64,000 nt of DNA from Planctomycetota bacterium (GCA_016178505.1 JACOTG010000079.1:1810-65809); one strand, 5' to 3'. Shown: positions 27,068 through 37,086, counted from the stretch's first letter. Made by a program: numbers and translations. The notes: a model not told the origin generated them from the letters alone.

Positions 27068-28316
27068 TCGATCGAAGATCGTTGGCCTGCTGCTCAGCAT
27101 CGCCGTCACGATCGTCGGGCTCAGCTGCGAGACGGTCGTCTCTCGGAACGGGTGGAGCGACGACTGGGGGCCGCTCGTGCCCCATCGCACGTTCCCCGGA
27201 GACTGTGGACTGTGTCACGTCCCGGAGCGATGGGACGTGCTTCGTGCGGATTTCTCGTTCGATCACGAGAAACAAACGGGGCATCCGCTCGTCGGCGCCC
27301 ACGCCGCGGCGGCGTGTCTGCGCTGTCACAACGATCGAGGACCCGTGTCGGCGTATGTCGCTCGAGGTTGCGGCGGCTGCCACCCCGATCCTCACAAGGG
27401 CACGCTCGGGCTCGACTGTTTGCGATGCCACGAAGAGAGCCAGAACACGTGGCGCCCGGGCGGGCTCGTCGCCGACCACGCACGCACGCGATTCCCTCTC
27501 GTGGGGGTCCACGCGGCGACGCCCTGCGAGAGTTGTCACCCGCGCGCGCCAGTCGGTGATTTTCGCGGCGCTCCCGTCGACTGCGATCTCTGCCATCGTG
27601 CGGATCTCGCACGCGCCACGAACCCGGACCACGTCGCGAGCGGGTTGACTCGGGAATGCCAGCGATGCCACACGCCGACGGATTGGTCGCGCGCGACGTT
27701 CTCGCACGCCTCTTTCCCGCTCACCGGCGGCCACAATGGGCTCGCCTGTCGACGGTGTCACACGAGCGGATCGTTCGGACCGGTTGCCTCGGACTGCTAC
27801 GCGTGCCACCGCGCCGATTACGAACGACAGGCGGATCACGTGGCCTCCGGCTTCTCCCACGACTGCCGGGATTGCCACAACACGATCACGTTCAGCGACG
27901 CCGCCATCGATCACTCGGCGTTCCCGCTCACGGGCGGTCACAGTGGAATCACCTGTCGGCAATGCCACACGAGCGGAACGTACGGTCCCATACCGACGGA
28001 CTGCTTCTCTTGTCACCGCGCCGACTACGAGCGGGCACCGAATCACCTGTCCTTCGGATTCCCGCGGGACTGCACGCAGTGCCACAACACGAACACGTTC
28101 ACCGGCGCCACGTTCAGCCATTCAGCGTTCCCGCTTCGCGGACCTCACGACGTCACGTGCACGACGTGTCACCCAGGCGCGAGCGCTGCTTTGTTCACTT
28201 GCATCGTCTGCCACGCCCATGCCCAAAGCTCGATGGACAGTCACCACCGCGGTGTCAGTGGCTACAGCTACGACTCGAATGCGTGCTACCGATGCCATCC
28301 AAACGGTACACATTGA
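27048..28316 (+). CDS. Multiheme c-type cytochrome, probable lipoprotein, with about 16 CxxCH motifs
   Basis: Lipoprotein-like signal (MHFPSGNRSKIVGLLLSIAVTIVGLSC). The CxxCH motifs are CGLCH, CLRCH, CGGCH, CLRCH, CESCH, CDLCH, CQRCH, CRRCH, CYACH, CRDCH, CRQCH, CFSCH, CTQCH, CTTCH, CIVCH and CYRCH. The start overlaps the 3' end of the 23-heme gene by 20 nt. Confidence 0.85.
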   Translation: MHFPSGNRSKIVGLLLSIAVTIVGLSCETVVSRNGWSDDWGPLVPHRTFPGDCGLCHVPERWDVLRADFSFDHEKQTGHPLVGAHAAAACLRCHNDRGPVSAYVARGCGGCHPDPHKGTLGLDCLRCHEESQNTWRPGGLVADHARTRFPLVGVHAATPCESCHPRAPVGDFRGAPVDCDLCHRADLARATNPDHVASGLTRECQRCHTPTDWSRATFSHASFPLTGGHNGLACRRCHTSGSFGPVASDCYACHRADYERQADHVASGFSHDCRDCHNTITFSDAAIDHSAFPLTGGHSGITCRQCHTSGTYGPIPTDCFSCHRADYERAPNHLSFGFPRDCTQCHNTNTFTGATFSHSAFPLRGPHDVTCTTCHPGASAALFTCIVCHAHAQSSMDSHHRGVSGYSYDSNACYRCHPNGTH

Positions 28317-29998
28317 TCGCGAAAGCCGTGACCGTAGGCTGGACAGGCGGCCTCCGGCCGCTTGCAATCGCCTCGTGCCTCGTCGTTGTCCTTTCGGCAG
28401 CCGCAACCGCCGCAGAGAAGACGCTCGACTGTCGCATCACGTACGAGACGCCGGACGGCTTCTACGTCGACGCGGGAGCGACCGATGGACTTCGGCCGGG
28501 AGACGTCGGGCTCGTGAAGCGCGAGTCGACCGATCTCGGCCGCGTCGAAGTCGTCGATGCGTCGAGCAACTCGGCGACCGTGCGACTCGTTTCACAGTCG
28601 GGGCTGTTTCGGCCAAGCACGCTCGACCGCGTGGTCTTCGTCGTCGAGGTCCCAGAGACGAGCGCCACCGAGACAGGCGAGGAATCAGCCGCGGACCGCG
28701 TGGCGAGACTCGCCCATGACGACACGACGTTCGTGCCGCTCCTTGCTCCATTCGCACCGCGCGAGGGCAAGTTCTCGCAGCCGTCGAACGTGTTCCATGG
28801 TCGGCTGCGATTTCGCGAGCAGTTCCAGATCGACTCGAACGGAAAGGAGGACTTCTCACGGTCGCGCGTGGGCACCGAAGGATCGATCGATCGAATCGAC
28901 GGCTCACCTTGGGCATTCGAGTGGTCCGGCGATCTTTCGTATCGATCCGGCTCCGCGTTCTCGGGCTCGTCGGATTACCCGGATGCTCGCGCCGACGTCT
29001 ACCGACTCGCGCTGTTCCGGAAGTTCGAAAGCGGCGATTCCCTCGAGCTCGGGCGATTCCTTCCGGTCCAGCTTCCCGGTATCGGATACGTCGACGGCGT
29101 CGTGGGCGATCTCGTGGCATCGGAGAACTTCCACGTCGGTGGGGTCGCGGGAGTCAAGCCTCGGCGATTCGATCTGTCTCCATCGATCGACGAGCCGACG
29201 GCGGCGATTTACGCGACCGGTGAATTCGGGAAGCGAGGAAACGCGTACTACTCGGGCACGCTCGGCGTGCTCGGCTCCGCATTCAAGGGAAAGGCAGACC
29301 GGCTCGCGCTCCTTGCCGACCAGCGCGCGGATCTCGGATCGAAACTGAGCCTGTACTCGACGAACGAAGTCGATTTCGACGTCGGCGGCGCCGAGACGCG
29401 CAGCGGGCCGCAACTATCCCGCATGGATCTCTACGCGGTGTCGCCGGTGACGACCGAATTCACGCTTCGCGCGGGCGTCGATCACTATCAACGCCCCGAC
29501 ACGGCGGCGGAGCGTGACCTTCTCGATTTCACGGACAATCGATTCTTCGATCGGGGCTACTGGCGCTACTGGGTCGGGAGCAGCGAAAAGTTGCCGCTGC
29601 GATTCGGACTCGACGAAGAAATCGCATTCATCGACGCGCCCGACGAGAACGGCTCGCCGCGGTGGCGCGTCACGATCCGGCGCACGGACACGCTTACGAC
29701 CAACGATTCGATTGCGCTCACGGTGTTCAACTTGGACGGGTCGGATTCCAAGGGACTCGGCGGCCAGCTCGCCGGAGTCTTCCCCGCATTCGATGATCGA
29801 CTGACGCTGCGCCCCGCGATCGATTGGCGATACGCCGACACCGCAGACACCGACACGACCCTCATGGTCTCGCAATTCTCGCTCTACGTCGATTGGTGGT
29901 TTTCGCGCGCCGTGAGCCTCTACGCCGGCGCGATGCAATCGGTCGGTGACGCAATCGACAGCACGCTCGTCGACATGGGATTGGATTTTCGTTGGTAG
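28292..29998 (+). CDS. Putative outer-membrane beta-barrel protein (about 569 aa) encoded directly downstream of, and overlapping, the two multiheme cytochrome genes
   Basis: N-terminal signal-like hydrophobic segment (LAIASCLVVVLSAAATAAEK). About 45 alternating amphipathic beta-strand-like segments rich in Y/W/F/G. C-terminal OMP-type ending ...MGLDFRW with an aromatic terminal residue. The ATG at 28292 overlaps the 28316 stop of the upstream gene. Confidence 0.5.
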   Translation: MPSKRYTLIAKAVTVGWTGGLRPLAIASCLVVVLSAAATAAEKTLDCRITYETPDGFYVDAGATDGLRPGDVGLVKRESTDLGRVEVVDASSNSATVRLVSQSGLFRPSTLDRVVFVVEVPETSATETGEESAADRVARLAHDDTTFVPLLAPFAPREGKFSQPSNVFHGRLRFREQFQIDSNGKEDFSRSRVGTEGSIDRIDGSPWAFEWSGDLSYRSGSAFSGSSDYPDARADVYRLALFRKFESGDSLELGRFLPVQLPGIGYVDGVVGDLVASENFHVGGVAGVKPRRFDLSPSIDEPTAAIYATGEFGKRGNAYYSGTLGVLGSAFKGKADRLALLADQRADLGSKLSLYSTNEVDFDVGGAETRSGPQLSRMDLYAVSPVTTEFTLRAGVDHYQRPDTAAERDLLDFTDNRFFDRGYWRYWVGSSEKLPLRFGLDEEIAFIDAPDENGSPRWRVTIRRTDTLTTNDSIALTVFNLDGSDSKGLGGQLAGVFPAFDDRLTLRPAIDWRYADTADTDTTLMVSQFSLYVDWWFSRAVSLYAGAMQSVGDAIDSTLVDMGLDFRW

Positions 29999-30362
29999 CG
30001 TGGATTCGACGTCCCGTGCCGCTCCGCCGCCGCACGACCCCGCCGAGTTCGATTATTTTGGGCGCGATCCGGCGGTCGAATCGGTCCGATCCGCCGTGAA
30101 ACGCAAGGGATCCGATCGGTACGACTCCGAGGGCCGGAAAACGTTTCGTCGACTTCCTAGCTGCCTGAGGGACGACGGTCGTGTAGAATTCGCGTCCCGG
30201 TCTTCCATGGTGTAGACCGGATCGGGGCGCTTGGGTCGCAGGGGCCTAGAGTGCCAGGGGATCGTCGAAGAGGCGTGCCGCTTCAATCGCGCGTCGAGTG
30301 CGGATCCCGTGCACCGACGCGGCGAAGGGACTTCGCGACGGGAGATCGCTCGAGGAGCTTCG

Positions 30363-31904
30363 ATGGATCGTTCGAACGCGCGAAGGTGGTGGGTCGCCGT
30401 AGCAGGTGGGGTTCTCACGGCAGCCGTCGTCTCCACGTGGTTCGCCTTTTCGGCCCGCTCCGCACATGCGCAGGGTTCGGGGCTCGTGGGAGGCCCACCC
30501 GACATCGTCGTACTCGTGCTCGACGACCTCGCGCCGACGCAGCTCCGCTTTCTCAAGGGTGCGCCCGGCGACAACCGGCTGCGAGATCAGATTCGCCGCC
30601 TCGGAATCAAGCGACGCGTCTTCAAGGCGGCCTACTCGACGACTCCTCTCTGTTGTCCGTCGCGAGCGAGCATCCTCCGGGCGCAGTTCGCGCACAACAC
30701 GGGCATTCACTTCAACAATCCTTCGTCAGTCGGCGCGACGGACGGCGGCGCGATCGGGTTCACGCAGCGCTCCCTCGATCAATCGACGATCGCCACGTGG
30801 CTCAATGGCGCCGGTTACCGGACGGGTCTGCTCGGCAAATACCTGAATGGGTACGAAGCGGTGAACCCGCCGGGGTTCGTTCCGCCGGGCTGGTCGCATT
30901 GGCGCAGCCTGTACGATCTCGGCCAGGGTGGCTACTGGAACTTCTCGCTGTCCGAGAACGGCGTCATCACCTCGTATCCGCACAACTCCGACGCCGACTA
31001 CGGGACCGACGTCGATCGCGCGAAAGCGATTCAGTTCATCGCATCGACGCCCGCGAATCAGCCCTTGTTCATGTACGTCGGCTTCGTGACCCCGCACACT
31101 CCCGCGATCCCGGCGCCGCGGCACGCTGCGCTGCGACCGACGCTCGTCGCGCCGAGACCGCCGGGCGATCCGGCGTATCTCGAAGACGACGTGACCGACA
31201 AGCATCCGTTCATCCAGGCCATCACGCTTCCGCGGCCTCAAGCGGAAATCGACGAAGAAGATCAACTCTATCGAGACGGCTCGAATGCGCTCGCCAGCGT
31301 GACCGACTCCATCATCGACATCATCAGCACGCTCGACGCGACGGGTCGCCTCGACAACACGTTGCTGCTCATCCTGAGCGACAACGGCTACTCGCCTCTC
31401 GAGCACCGCTTGCGAGGCAAGCGCAGCCCGTTTGCCGCGAGCGTGAAGACGCCGCTCGTCGCTCTCACCAAGAACGGGGCTTGGATCGGAACCAACGGCG
31501 CGACTCAAAGCCTGGTCGCGAACGTGGACATCGCACCGACGATCACCCAGCTGGCGGGCGTGAGCATCCCAGGCGGCCATCACGTCGACGGAATCAGCTT
31601 CGTTTCACTTCTCCAGTCGGCGGCGAGCCCACCGCCACGCAACGACGTGCTCGTCGAAAACTTCGGACCCGAGCCCCTGGGCGACGGCGATCCGCCGAGC
31701 AACTATCCGGCGTGGAGCGGCATCATCACCGGCCCCGGAAACGTCAACGCGAACTGGAAGTACGTCGAGTACAACGACGGCTTCCGGGAGCTCTATGACC
31801 TGACGACGGACCCCTTCGAGCTGATCAACGTCGTGGACGACCCCGACAACCTTCCGCTCGTCGCGACGCTTCACGATCGACTCATCCAGCTCATGAACCA
31901 GTGA
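30363..31904 (+). CDS. Cys-type sulfatase (arylsulfatase family), secreted
   Basis: Signal/TM (WWVAVAGGVLTAAVVSTWFAFSARSAHA). Sulfatase N-terminal fold (IVVLVLDDL...STTPLCCPSRASILRAQFAHNTG) with the C-x-P-x-R formylglycine motif. Confidence 0.85.
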   Translation: MDRSNARRWWVAVAGGVLTAAVVSTWFAFSARSAHAQGSGLVGGPPDIVVLVLDDLAPTQLRFLKGAPGDNRLRDQIRRLGIKRRVFKAAYSTTPLCCPSRASILRAQFAHNTGIHFNNPSSVGATDGGAIGFTQRSLDQSTIATWLNGAGYRTGLLGKYLNGYEAVNPPGFVPPGWSHWRSLYDLGQGGYWNFSLSENGVITSYPHNSDADYGTDVDRAKAIQFIASTPANQPLFMYVGFVTPHTPAIPAPRHAALRPTLVAPRPPGDPAYLEDDVTDKHPFIQAITLPRPQAEIDEEDQLYRDGSNALASVTDSIIDIISTLDATGRLDNTLLLILSDNGYSPLEHRLRGKRSPFAASVKTPLVALTKNGAWIGTNGATQSLVANVDIAPTITQLAGVSIPGGHHVDGISFVSLLQSAASPPPRNDVLVENFGPEPLGDGDPPSNYPAWSGIITGPGNVNANWKYVEYNDGFRELYDLTTDPFELINVVDDPDNLPLVATLHDRLIQLMNQ

Positions 31905-32029
31905 TCATCGCCGGCGTCGCCAAGATCTGAGCCGTCGGGGCATTCCAGCCCCTCAGGCCCGTCCACCGCCTCGCGAGCATTCCGCGAGTCCGGACGAGAC
32001 GATTGACACGTGAACGCGTTGTCCGTCTC

Positions 32030-33292
32030 ATGTCGAGCGTGAGCGCCCAAGTCTCCCCGTCTGGTGCCGCCAATGAAGGGTCGGTCGCTCGGGACCCCGC
32101 ACCGGTTTCGACGCTCGAACTGTCGATCGTGATCCCCTGTCTGAACGAAGCCGAGACGATCGGACTCTGCGTCGAGAAAGCGCAGGCCGCGATCCGGCGG
32201 CTCGGCATCGCAGGCGAGGTCGTCGTGGCGGACAACGGCTCGACGGACGATTCCCGGGGAATCGCCGAACGCCAGGGAGCCCGAGTCGTGCCCGTTGCCG
32301 CTCGCGGGTACGGCGCGGCGCTGACGGAAGGGTTTCGCCGCGCGCACGGACGATTCCTGATCATGGGAGATGCCGACGACTCCTACGATTTCTCGGCGAT
32401 CGACGACTTCGTCGACGAGCTCCGGCGCGGCGCCGATCTGGTGATGGGAACGCGCCTCCGCGGAACGATCGATCGCGGCGCCATGCCCTTCCTCCACCGC
32501 CACCTCGGAACTCCCGTGCTCACGTTCGCGATCAATCGCTTCTTCAAGACCCGGATCAGCGACTGCAACTGCGGGATGCGCGGGATTCGAAAGGACGCGC
32601 TCGAGCGACTCGATCTGCGCGCGACGGGGATGGAGTTCGCGTCCGAGATGGTGCTCAAGAGCGCGCTCTACGGCCTCGAAATCGTGGAGATCCCCATCCA
32701 CTTCCACAAGGATCGCCGCTCACGCCCGCCGCACCTTCGCACCTGGCGGGACGGTTGGCGCCACCTGCGATTCATCCTCTTGTTCGCGCCGAACTACGTC
32801 TTCCTTCTGCCGGGCCTCGTCGCGACCATCCTCGGATTCGTGCTTCTGCTCACGCAGTTGAACGGGCCGCTCGACCTCGGTGTCGTCAAGCTCGACTATC
32901 ACTTCATGTTCCTCGGATCGACGCTGGCCATTTCCGGCTTCCAGCTCGTGTTGTTCGGCATCGCCGCGAAGATCTTCTCGCACGTCGAGCGCTTCCATCA
33001 GCAAAGTCGGATGAACCGCTTGTTCGATCGATTCCGACTCGAGACCGGTCTCGTGCTCGGCGTCGTCCTCTTCCTCGCGGGATTCGGGTACGACCTCGCC
33101 GTCCTCGTTCGCTGGGCGCGAAATGGATTCACCGATCTCCACGAGATGCGCCACGCGCTCGTGGGAATGACGTTTCTCGTGATCGGCCTGCAGACGATCT
33201 TCTTCTCGTTTCTCTACAGCATGCTCGGGATCGAGCGACGCGGCGGCATCCTCGACGATCGGCGCATTCCGCCGGGGAATTCGCCGGGTTGA
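32030..33292 (+). CDS. GT2 polyisoprenyl-phosphate glycosyltransferase (DPM1/GtrB/CsbB-like) with a C-terminal membrane domain
   Basis: Translation LSIVIPCLNEAETIG...VVVADNGSTDDS...GYGAALTEGF...IMGDADDSYDF (GT-A DxD region). Four C-terminal TM helices follow. Confidence 0.85.
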   Translation: MSSVSAQVSPSGAANEGSVARDPAPVSTLELSIVIPCLNEAETIGLCVEKAQAAIRRLGIAGEVVVADNGSTDDSRGIAERQGARVVPVAARGYGAALTEGFRRAHGRFLIMGDADDSYDFSAIDDFVDELRRGADLVMGTRLRGTIDRGAMPFLHRHLGTPVLTFAINRFFKTRISDCNCGMRGIRKDALERLDLRATGMEFASEMVLKSALYGLEIVEIPIHFHKDRRSRPPHLRTWRDGWRHLRFILLFAPNYVFLLPGLVATILGFVLLLTQLNGPLDLGVVKLDYHFMFLGSTLAISGFQLVLFGIAAKIFSHVERFHQQSRMNRLFDRFRLETGLVLGVVLFLAGFGYDLAVLVRWARNGFTDLHEMRHALVGMTFLVIGLQTIFFSFLYSMLGIERRGGILDDRRIPPGNSPG

Positions 33293-36200
33293 TCTTTCGA
33301 GCGGGCAATCCGCGACGAGAGCACGCCTTCGCCCTCCTTGCCTTTGCCCTGATGCTGCTCCTGTCTTTTCCCGACGTCGTCTTTTTCGGTCGAACGCTTC
33401 AGACGAGCGCGCTCAAAGCCGGCGTCGCCGGCCCATCCGGACCATGGGGTTATCACGGGCATCGGCCGCTCCGCGGTCCGGTCGTCGATGCCGAGGCCTC
33501 CGCGACGACCTACGAGCCGTCGACGTTTCAGGTCCACGATGCGCTCGGCCGCGGCGAGATCCCGTACTGGAATACACGTTCGGCTTTCGGTGAGCCGTTC
33601 GCGGCAAACTTCCTGACCGGCATCTACGCGCCGCTGCGTTGGCCCGTGTTCCTGTTTCCGACCGAGTGGATGCAAGACGCTTACCTGCTCCTGCGATTGT
33701 GGCTGGCAGCGTTTCTCGCGTACCTCTTCCTGCGCGAGATTCAAGTCGGCTGGCTCGGCGCCGCGACCGGCGGCGCGATTTTCGGGCTCAGCGGGTACTT
33801 CGTGCTGCTCGTCAACATGGTCCACCTGGACGTGGAGATCTGGCTTCCGCTCGTACTGCTCGCACTCGAGAAACTGTGCCGGGCGCCAAGCGCGAGAACG
33901 ATGGCCTGGCTCGCCCTCGCGACGGCGCTCGCCGTGTTCGGTGGAAATCCCGAATCGGTCGCCGTTCTCCTTTCGGCGGCCGGCCTCTACCTCGCGTATC
34001 GAAGCCGCCTTCGCGTCGACGTGTTGTCCCTCGGCGCGATCGGATTCCTGCTCGGGATCCTGCTGGCTGCACCGTTGCTCGTCCCGGGCATCGAGTACGT
34101 GGCGCACGGCGTTCACACGAAGCCGCCGGCCGCGGGTCTCGAGCACGATCCCACGAGAACCTTCGCGCTCGCCCTCGTCCCGGACTTCTTCGGGCCGTTG
34201 AATGCGACGTGGGATCTGATGGGCCCGATGACGCGGTGGTGCGCCTTGGGAATCGTTCCGTGGACTCTCGGGCTCGCCGGATTGGCGGCTCGTCGAAAGG
34301 ACGGAGCGCAGTGGTTCTTCTCGGGCCTCCTCGTCGTCTGCGTGATGAAGATCCATGGCTGGCCGCCGGTCCAATGGATCGGACACTTGCCGCTGCTCCG
34401 ATTCGTCCTGTTCACGAAACACCTGCAGCCGGTGATCGCGCTTTGCATCGGCGCGCTCGCCGCGTTCGCACTCGATCGCCTCGCCCGAGAAAACGCAGGG
34501 CGTCGCGCTCTGGTCGTCGCGGCGGGCGTGACGTCCGCCGTCGTTTCCGTGTTCGTGTTGCGTTATCGGAAGGCGGCCGGCGCGGCCGGCGCGTGGCCGC
34601 CGACGCTTCACGCCGTGATCGTCGAGATGGGCTTCCTCGCCATCGCGATCGGCGTGGCATCGTGGCCGCGCCTGAGATTCGGCGCGACCTTCGCCGCGAT
34701 CGGTTGCGTCGCGTGCCTGTGGATGCACGTCCCACGAGATCGTCCGGAGCGCTACGATCCGTCGACCCCGCCGCCGTTCGTCGACGCACTCCGTTCGGAC
34801 CCGTCGCATCCTCGGATCGCCGGTTTCGACGGGCTGATGTCGCCGAACTGGGCGGCGGTGTTCGGTCTCGACGACTTACGATTCTTGAACGGCCTGAGCG
34901 TGGCGACGTCGACGGAGTGGATCCGGAAGAGAGTCGAGCCGATGGTTTTCGACCGGTTCTCGGGCACGGACTCGCCGGAGCCCGACTTGTTCGGGACGGC
35001 CATCGATCAGAGTGGAGTTCGCTACCTCCTCTCGATTCGGCCGATCGAAGAACACGCCACTCGATTCCTCGCGAGCCGGGCACGACGCCCCTTTCCGGAA
35101 AAAGAGGGATTTCGGCTCGTCGATCGAAGCCGAACCAACGGCGTCGCCCTCCGCGTGGATCCCGAGCGGCCGCACGAGCTGGAGATCTCGCTGCCGCTCC
35201 GCGCGGCGAGGCTGCGAGCGAGCGTCGCGTCCACGGCGAGCGACGCGCGCGTCCGGGTGGAGGTCGAGCGCCTCTCCACTCCCCGCGTTCTCTATCGACG
35301 CTTCCTCGATCCGGTGAGCCGCACTGCCGACCGCCGATGGTTCGACGAGACCGTGGCCGTGCCCGCCGGTGACGGCTATCTCTCGCTGCGTACGGATCCA
35401 GGCCCGAACGGAAACCGGCGCTTCGATCGCATTTGCTGGGCGGATCCTCGGACCCCTGCCGACGAGTCGCTTGCACCGAACGGCCTCGCCGATTTCCGAA
35501 TCGCGGCTCCGGGCGTCGGCTTCGCCGAACGATCGACGGTGAGCCTATCGGGCGATTCGCGCGTCGCGATCGCGCAACGAACGCCGTGTGCGTTGAACCG
35601 GCCGATTCACGTGGGCTCCGCCGGCGCTCGTCTCGCGTTCGCCGTTGGTTTCCACCCCGACGCCCTTCGCAATCTGCAGTGCGATGGCGCGGGCTGCGAA
35701 CTCGCCTGGCAGGAACGCGGCCAACCCGCGACGCTCTTCGACGATCGCATCGGATCCGGCGGCCGTCTCGTCGACGTCGATCTCGATGCGTTCCGGGGCC
35801 AAACGATCCTGCTGCGGTTGGTGAGCGATGACGTGACGACCGAGTGGTCGCAGTTCTCGCCGGAGCTGTTCGGTCGCACGCTGGAGGAGACGTTCGATCG
35901 CAACGACGTCCACGTCTATCGAAACCCCCATGCCCTGCCGCGCGCCTACTTCGTGCCCGAGAGCGGCGTCGTCACGGCCGAGACGCGCGACGACGCCGTC
36001 GCGCGCACGGCGGACCCGTCGTTCGACGCGCGCCGCAGCGTGATCCTCGAGCGCGAGCCGTCGGACGCCGCCTCGGAGGCGCCGCGCAACGCGTCCACGG
36101 GCCTCGGCGGGAGCGTGCGCATCGCGACCCACGACGCCGAGGAGGTGTCGCTGGAGATCTCGGCGGAGACCGACGGCCGTTGCGTGCTTCTCGACGCCGC

Positions 36201-36411
36201 GTACCCGGGCTGGCGCGCCACCCTCGACGACGTCGAAGTCCCGATCCGCCGCGCGAACGGCGCGTTTCGATCGGTTGCCGTGCCGCGCGGCGAACACCGG
36301 CTGCGCTTCGTCTACCGTCCCGCGTCGTTACGGCTGGGATTGGGGCTGTTCGCGTGCGCGGCACTCGCGTTGGGCACGATGGCGTGGAAGTCGAAGCGAT
36401 CCGTTCTTTGA
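33289..36411 (+). CDS. YfhO-family polytopic membrane glycosyltransferase (GT-C-like), translationally coupled to the GT2 gene
   Basis: A TTG at 33289 overlaps the GT2 stop (TTGA); the next ATG is at 33352. Many TM helices, a large extracytoplasmic domain and a YfhO-type C-terminus (LLDAAYPGWRATLDDVEVPIRRANGAFRSVAVPRGEHRLRFVYRP). Confidence 0.7.
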   Translation: MIFRAGNPRREHAFALLAFALMLLLSFPDVVFFGRTLQTSALKAGVAGPSGPWGYHGHRPLRGPVVDAEASATTYEPSTFQVHDALGRGEIPYWNTRSAFGEPFAANFLTGIYAPLRWPVFLFPTEWMQDAYLLLRLWLAAFLAYLFLREIQVGWLGAATGGAIFGLSGYFVLLVNMVHLDVEIWLPLVLLALEKLCRAPSARTMAWLALATALAVFGGNPESVAVLLSAAGLYLAYRSRLRVDVLSLGAIGFLLGILLAAPLLVPGIEYVAHGVHTKPPAAGLEHDPTRTFALALVPDFFGPLNATWDLMGPMTRWCALGIVPWTLGLAGLAARRKDGAQWFFSGLLVVCVMKIHGWPPVQWIGHLPLLRFVLFTKHLQPVIALCIGALAAFALDRLARENAGRRALVVAAGVTSAVVSVFVLRYRKAAGAAGAWPPTLHAVIVEMGFLAIAIGVASWPRLRFGATFAAIGCVACLWMHVPRDRPERYDPSTPPPFVDALRSDPSHPRIAGFDGLMSPNWAAVFGLDDLRFLNGLSVATSTEWIRKRVEPMVFDRFSGTDSPEPDLFGTAIDQSGVRYLLSIRPIEEHATRFLASRARRPFPEKEGFRLVDRSRTNGVALRVDPERPHELEISLPLRAARLRASVASTASDARVRVEVERLSTPRVLYRRFLDPVSRTADRRWFDETVAVPAGDGYLSLRTDPGPNGNRRFDRICWADPRTPADESLAPNGLADFRIAAPGVGFAERSTVSLSGDSRVAIAQRTPCALNRPIHVGSAGARLAFAVGFHPDALRNLQCDGAGCELAWQERGQPATLFDDRIGSGGRLVDVDLDAFRGQTILLRLVSDDVTTEWSQFSPELFGRTLEETFDRNDVHVYRNPHALPRAYFVPESGVVTAETRDDAVARTADPSFDARRSVILEREPSDAASEAPRNASTGLGGSVRIATHDAEEVSLEISAETDGRCVLLDAAYPGWRATLDDVEVPIRRANGAFRSVAVPRGEHRLRFVYRPASLRLGLGLFACAALALGTMAWKSKRSVL

Positions 36412-36436
36412 CGACGACCGCTCACGATCGCACGGC

Positions 36437-36919
36437 TCACTCCGCGCTCGTGAACAGGGCCGGCGGCGCGATGCCGAGGAGACGCAGATAGACGACGAGC
36501 TGTCCGCGATGATGGCTCTCGTGGGTCGCCGCGGTCTCCAGGATCTCGCCAACCGTGAGGTCGTGAAACGGCGCGGCGTCGCCGGGCGGGCTTCTGAGCT
36601 CGTCGAAAGTGAGTCGGTGAACGTACGCCATCGTCGCCTTCCGGACGTCGGCGAGGCGCGTGACGGCGCCGGCAAGATCCGTGCTCGAAGACGTGCCTCG
36701 ACCAAAGACGTCGAGGCTCCAATCGTCGCTTCGGCAACCGCGAACGCGCCACAGCTCGCCGTCCGCGATGTGATGCACTTGGCCTGCCGCCGTCATCATC
36801 TCGGGCTTCGGGCGGAACCCGCCGTGCGCGAGGGGAAACGCGCGCAGGAGCGTCGACGTGTAGCGGCGCTCGTTTTCGAGGAGTCGGACGAGGTTCTCGA
36901 GGCTTTCCGCTTCGGGCAT
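36437..36919 (-). CDS. DinB/YfiT-like metal-dependent hydrolase superfamily protein (DinB_2)
   Basis: Four-helix-bundle His motif ...ATHESHHRGQLVVYLRLLG. 160 aa. Confidence 0.75.
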   Translation of the reverse strand: MPEAESLENLVRLLENERRYTSTLLRAFPLAHGGFRPKPEMMTAAGQVHHIADGELWRVRGCRSDDWSLDVFGRGTSSSTDLAGAVTRLADVRKATMAYVHRLTFDELRSPPGDAAPFHDLTVGEILETAATHESHHRGQLVVYLRLLGIAPPALFTSAE

Positions 36920-37086
36920 GCACGACAGCTTGCCACAGGCCGCCGTGCGCGGCTACGTCACGCGAAGGATCACGGCGATCGCTGCGCCGATCGTCGATCG
37001 ATCCGCCGCGTCCGCGCTCCGGACGCCTCGCATCGCAGGTGCATCGGGGACGGCGGGGCTTTCGGGCGCACGCGGAGGCCTGTAAG

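Noticed and set aside
29946-30362. The small ORF 29946..30215 (89 aa) and possible ncRNA or tRNA-like structure in the 365-bp gap before the sulfatase gene
   Set aside because: There is no RBS and no protein-like composition. No tRNA cloverleaf or T-loop consensus (GTTCRANYC) was found. It is an ordinary GC-rich intergenic region.
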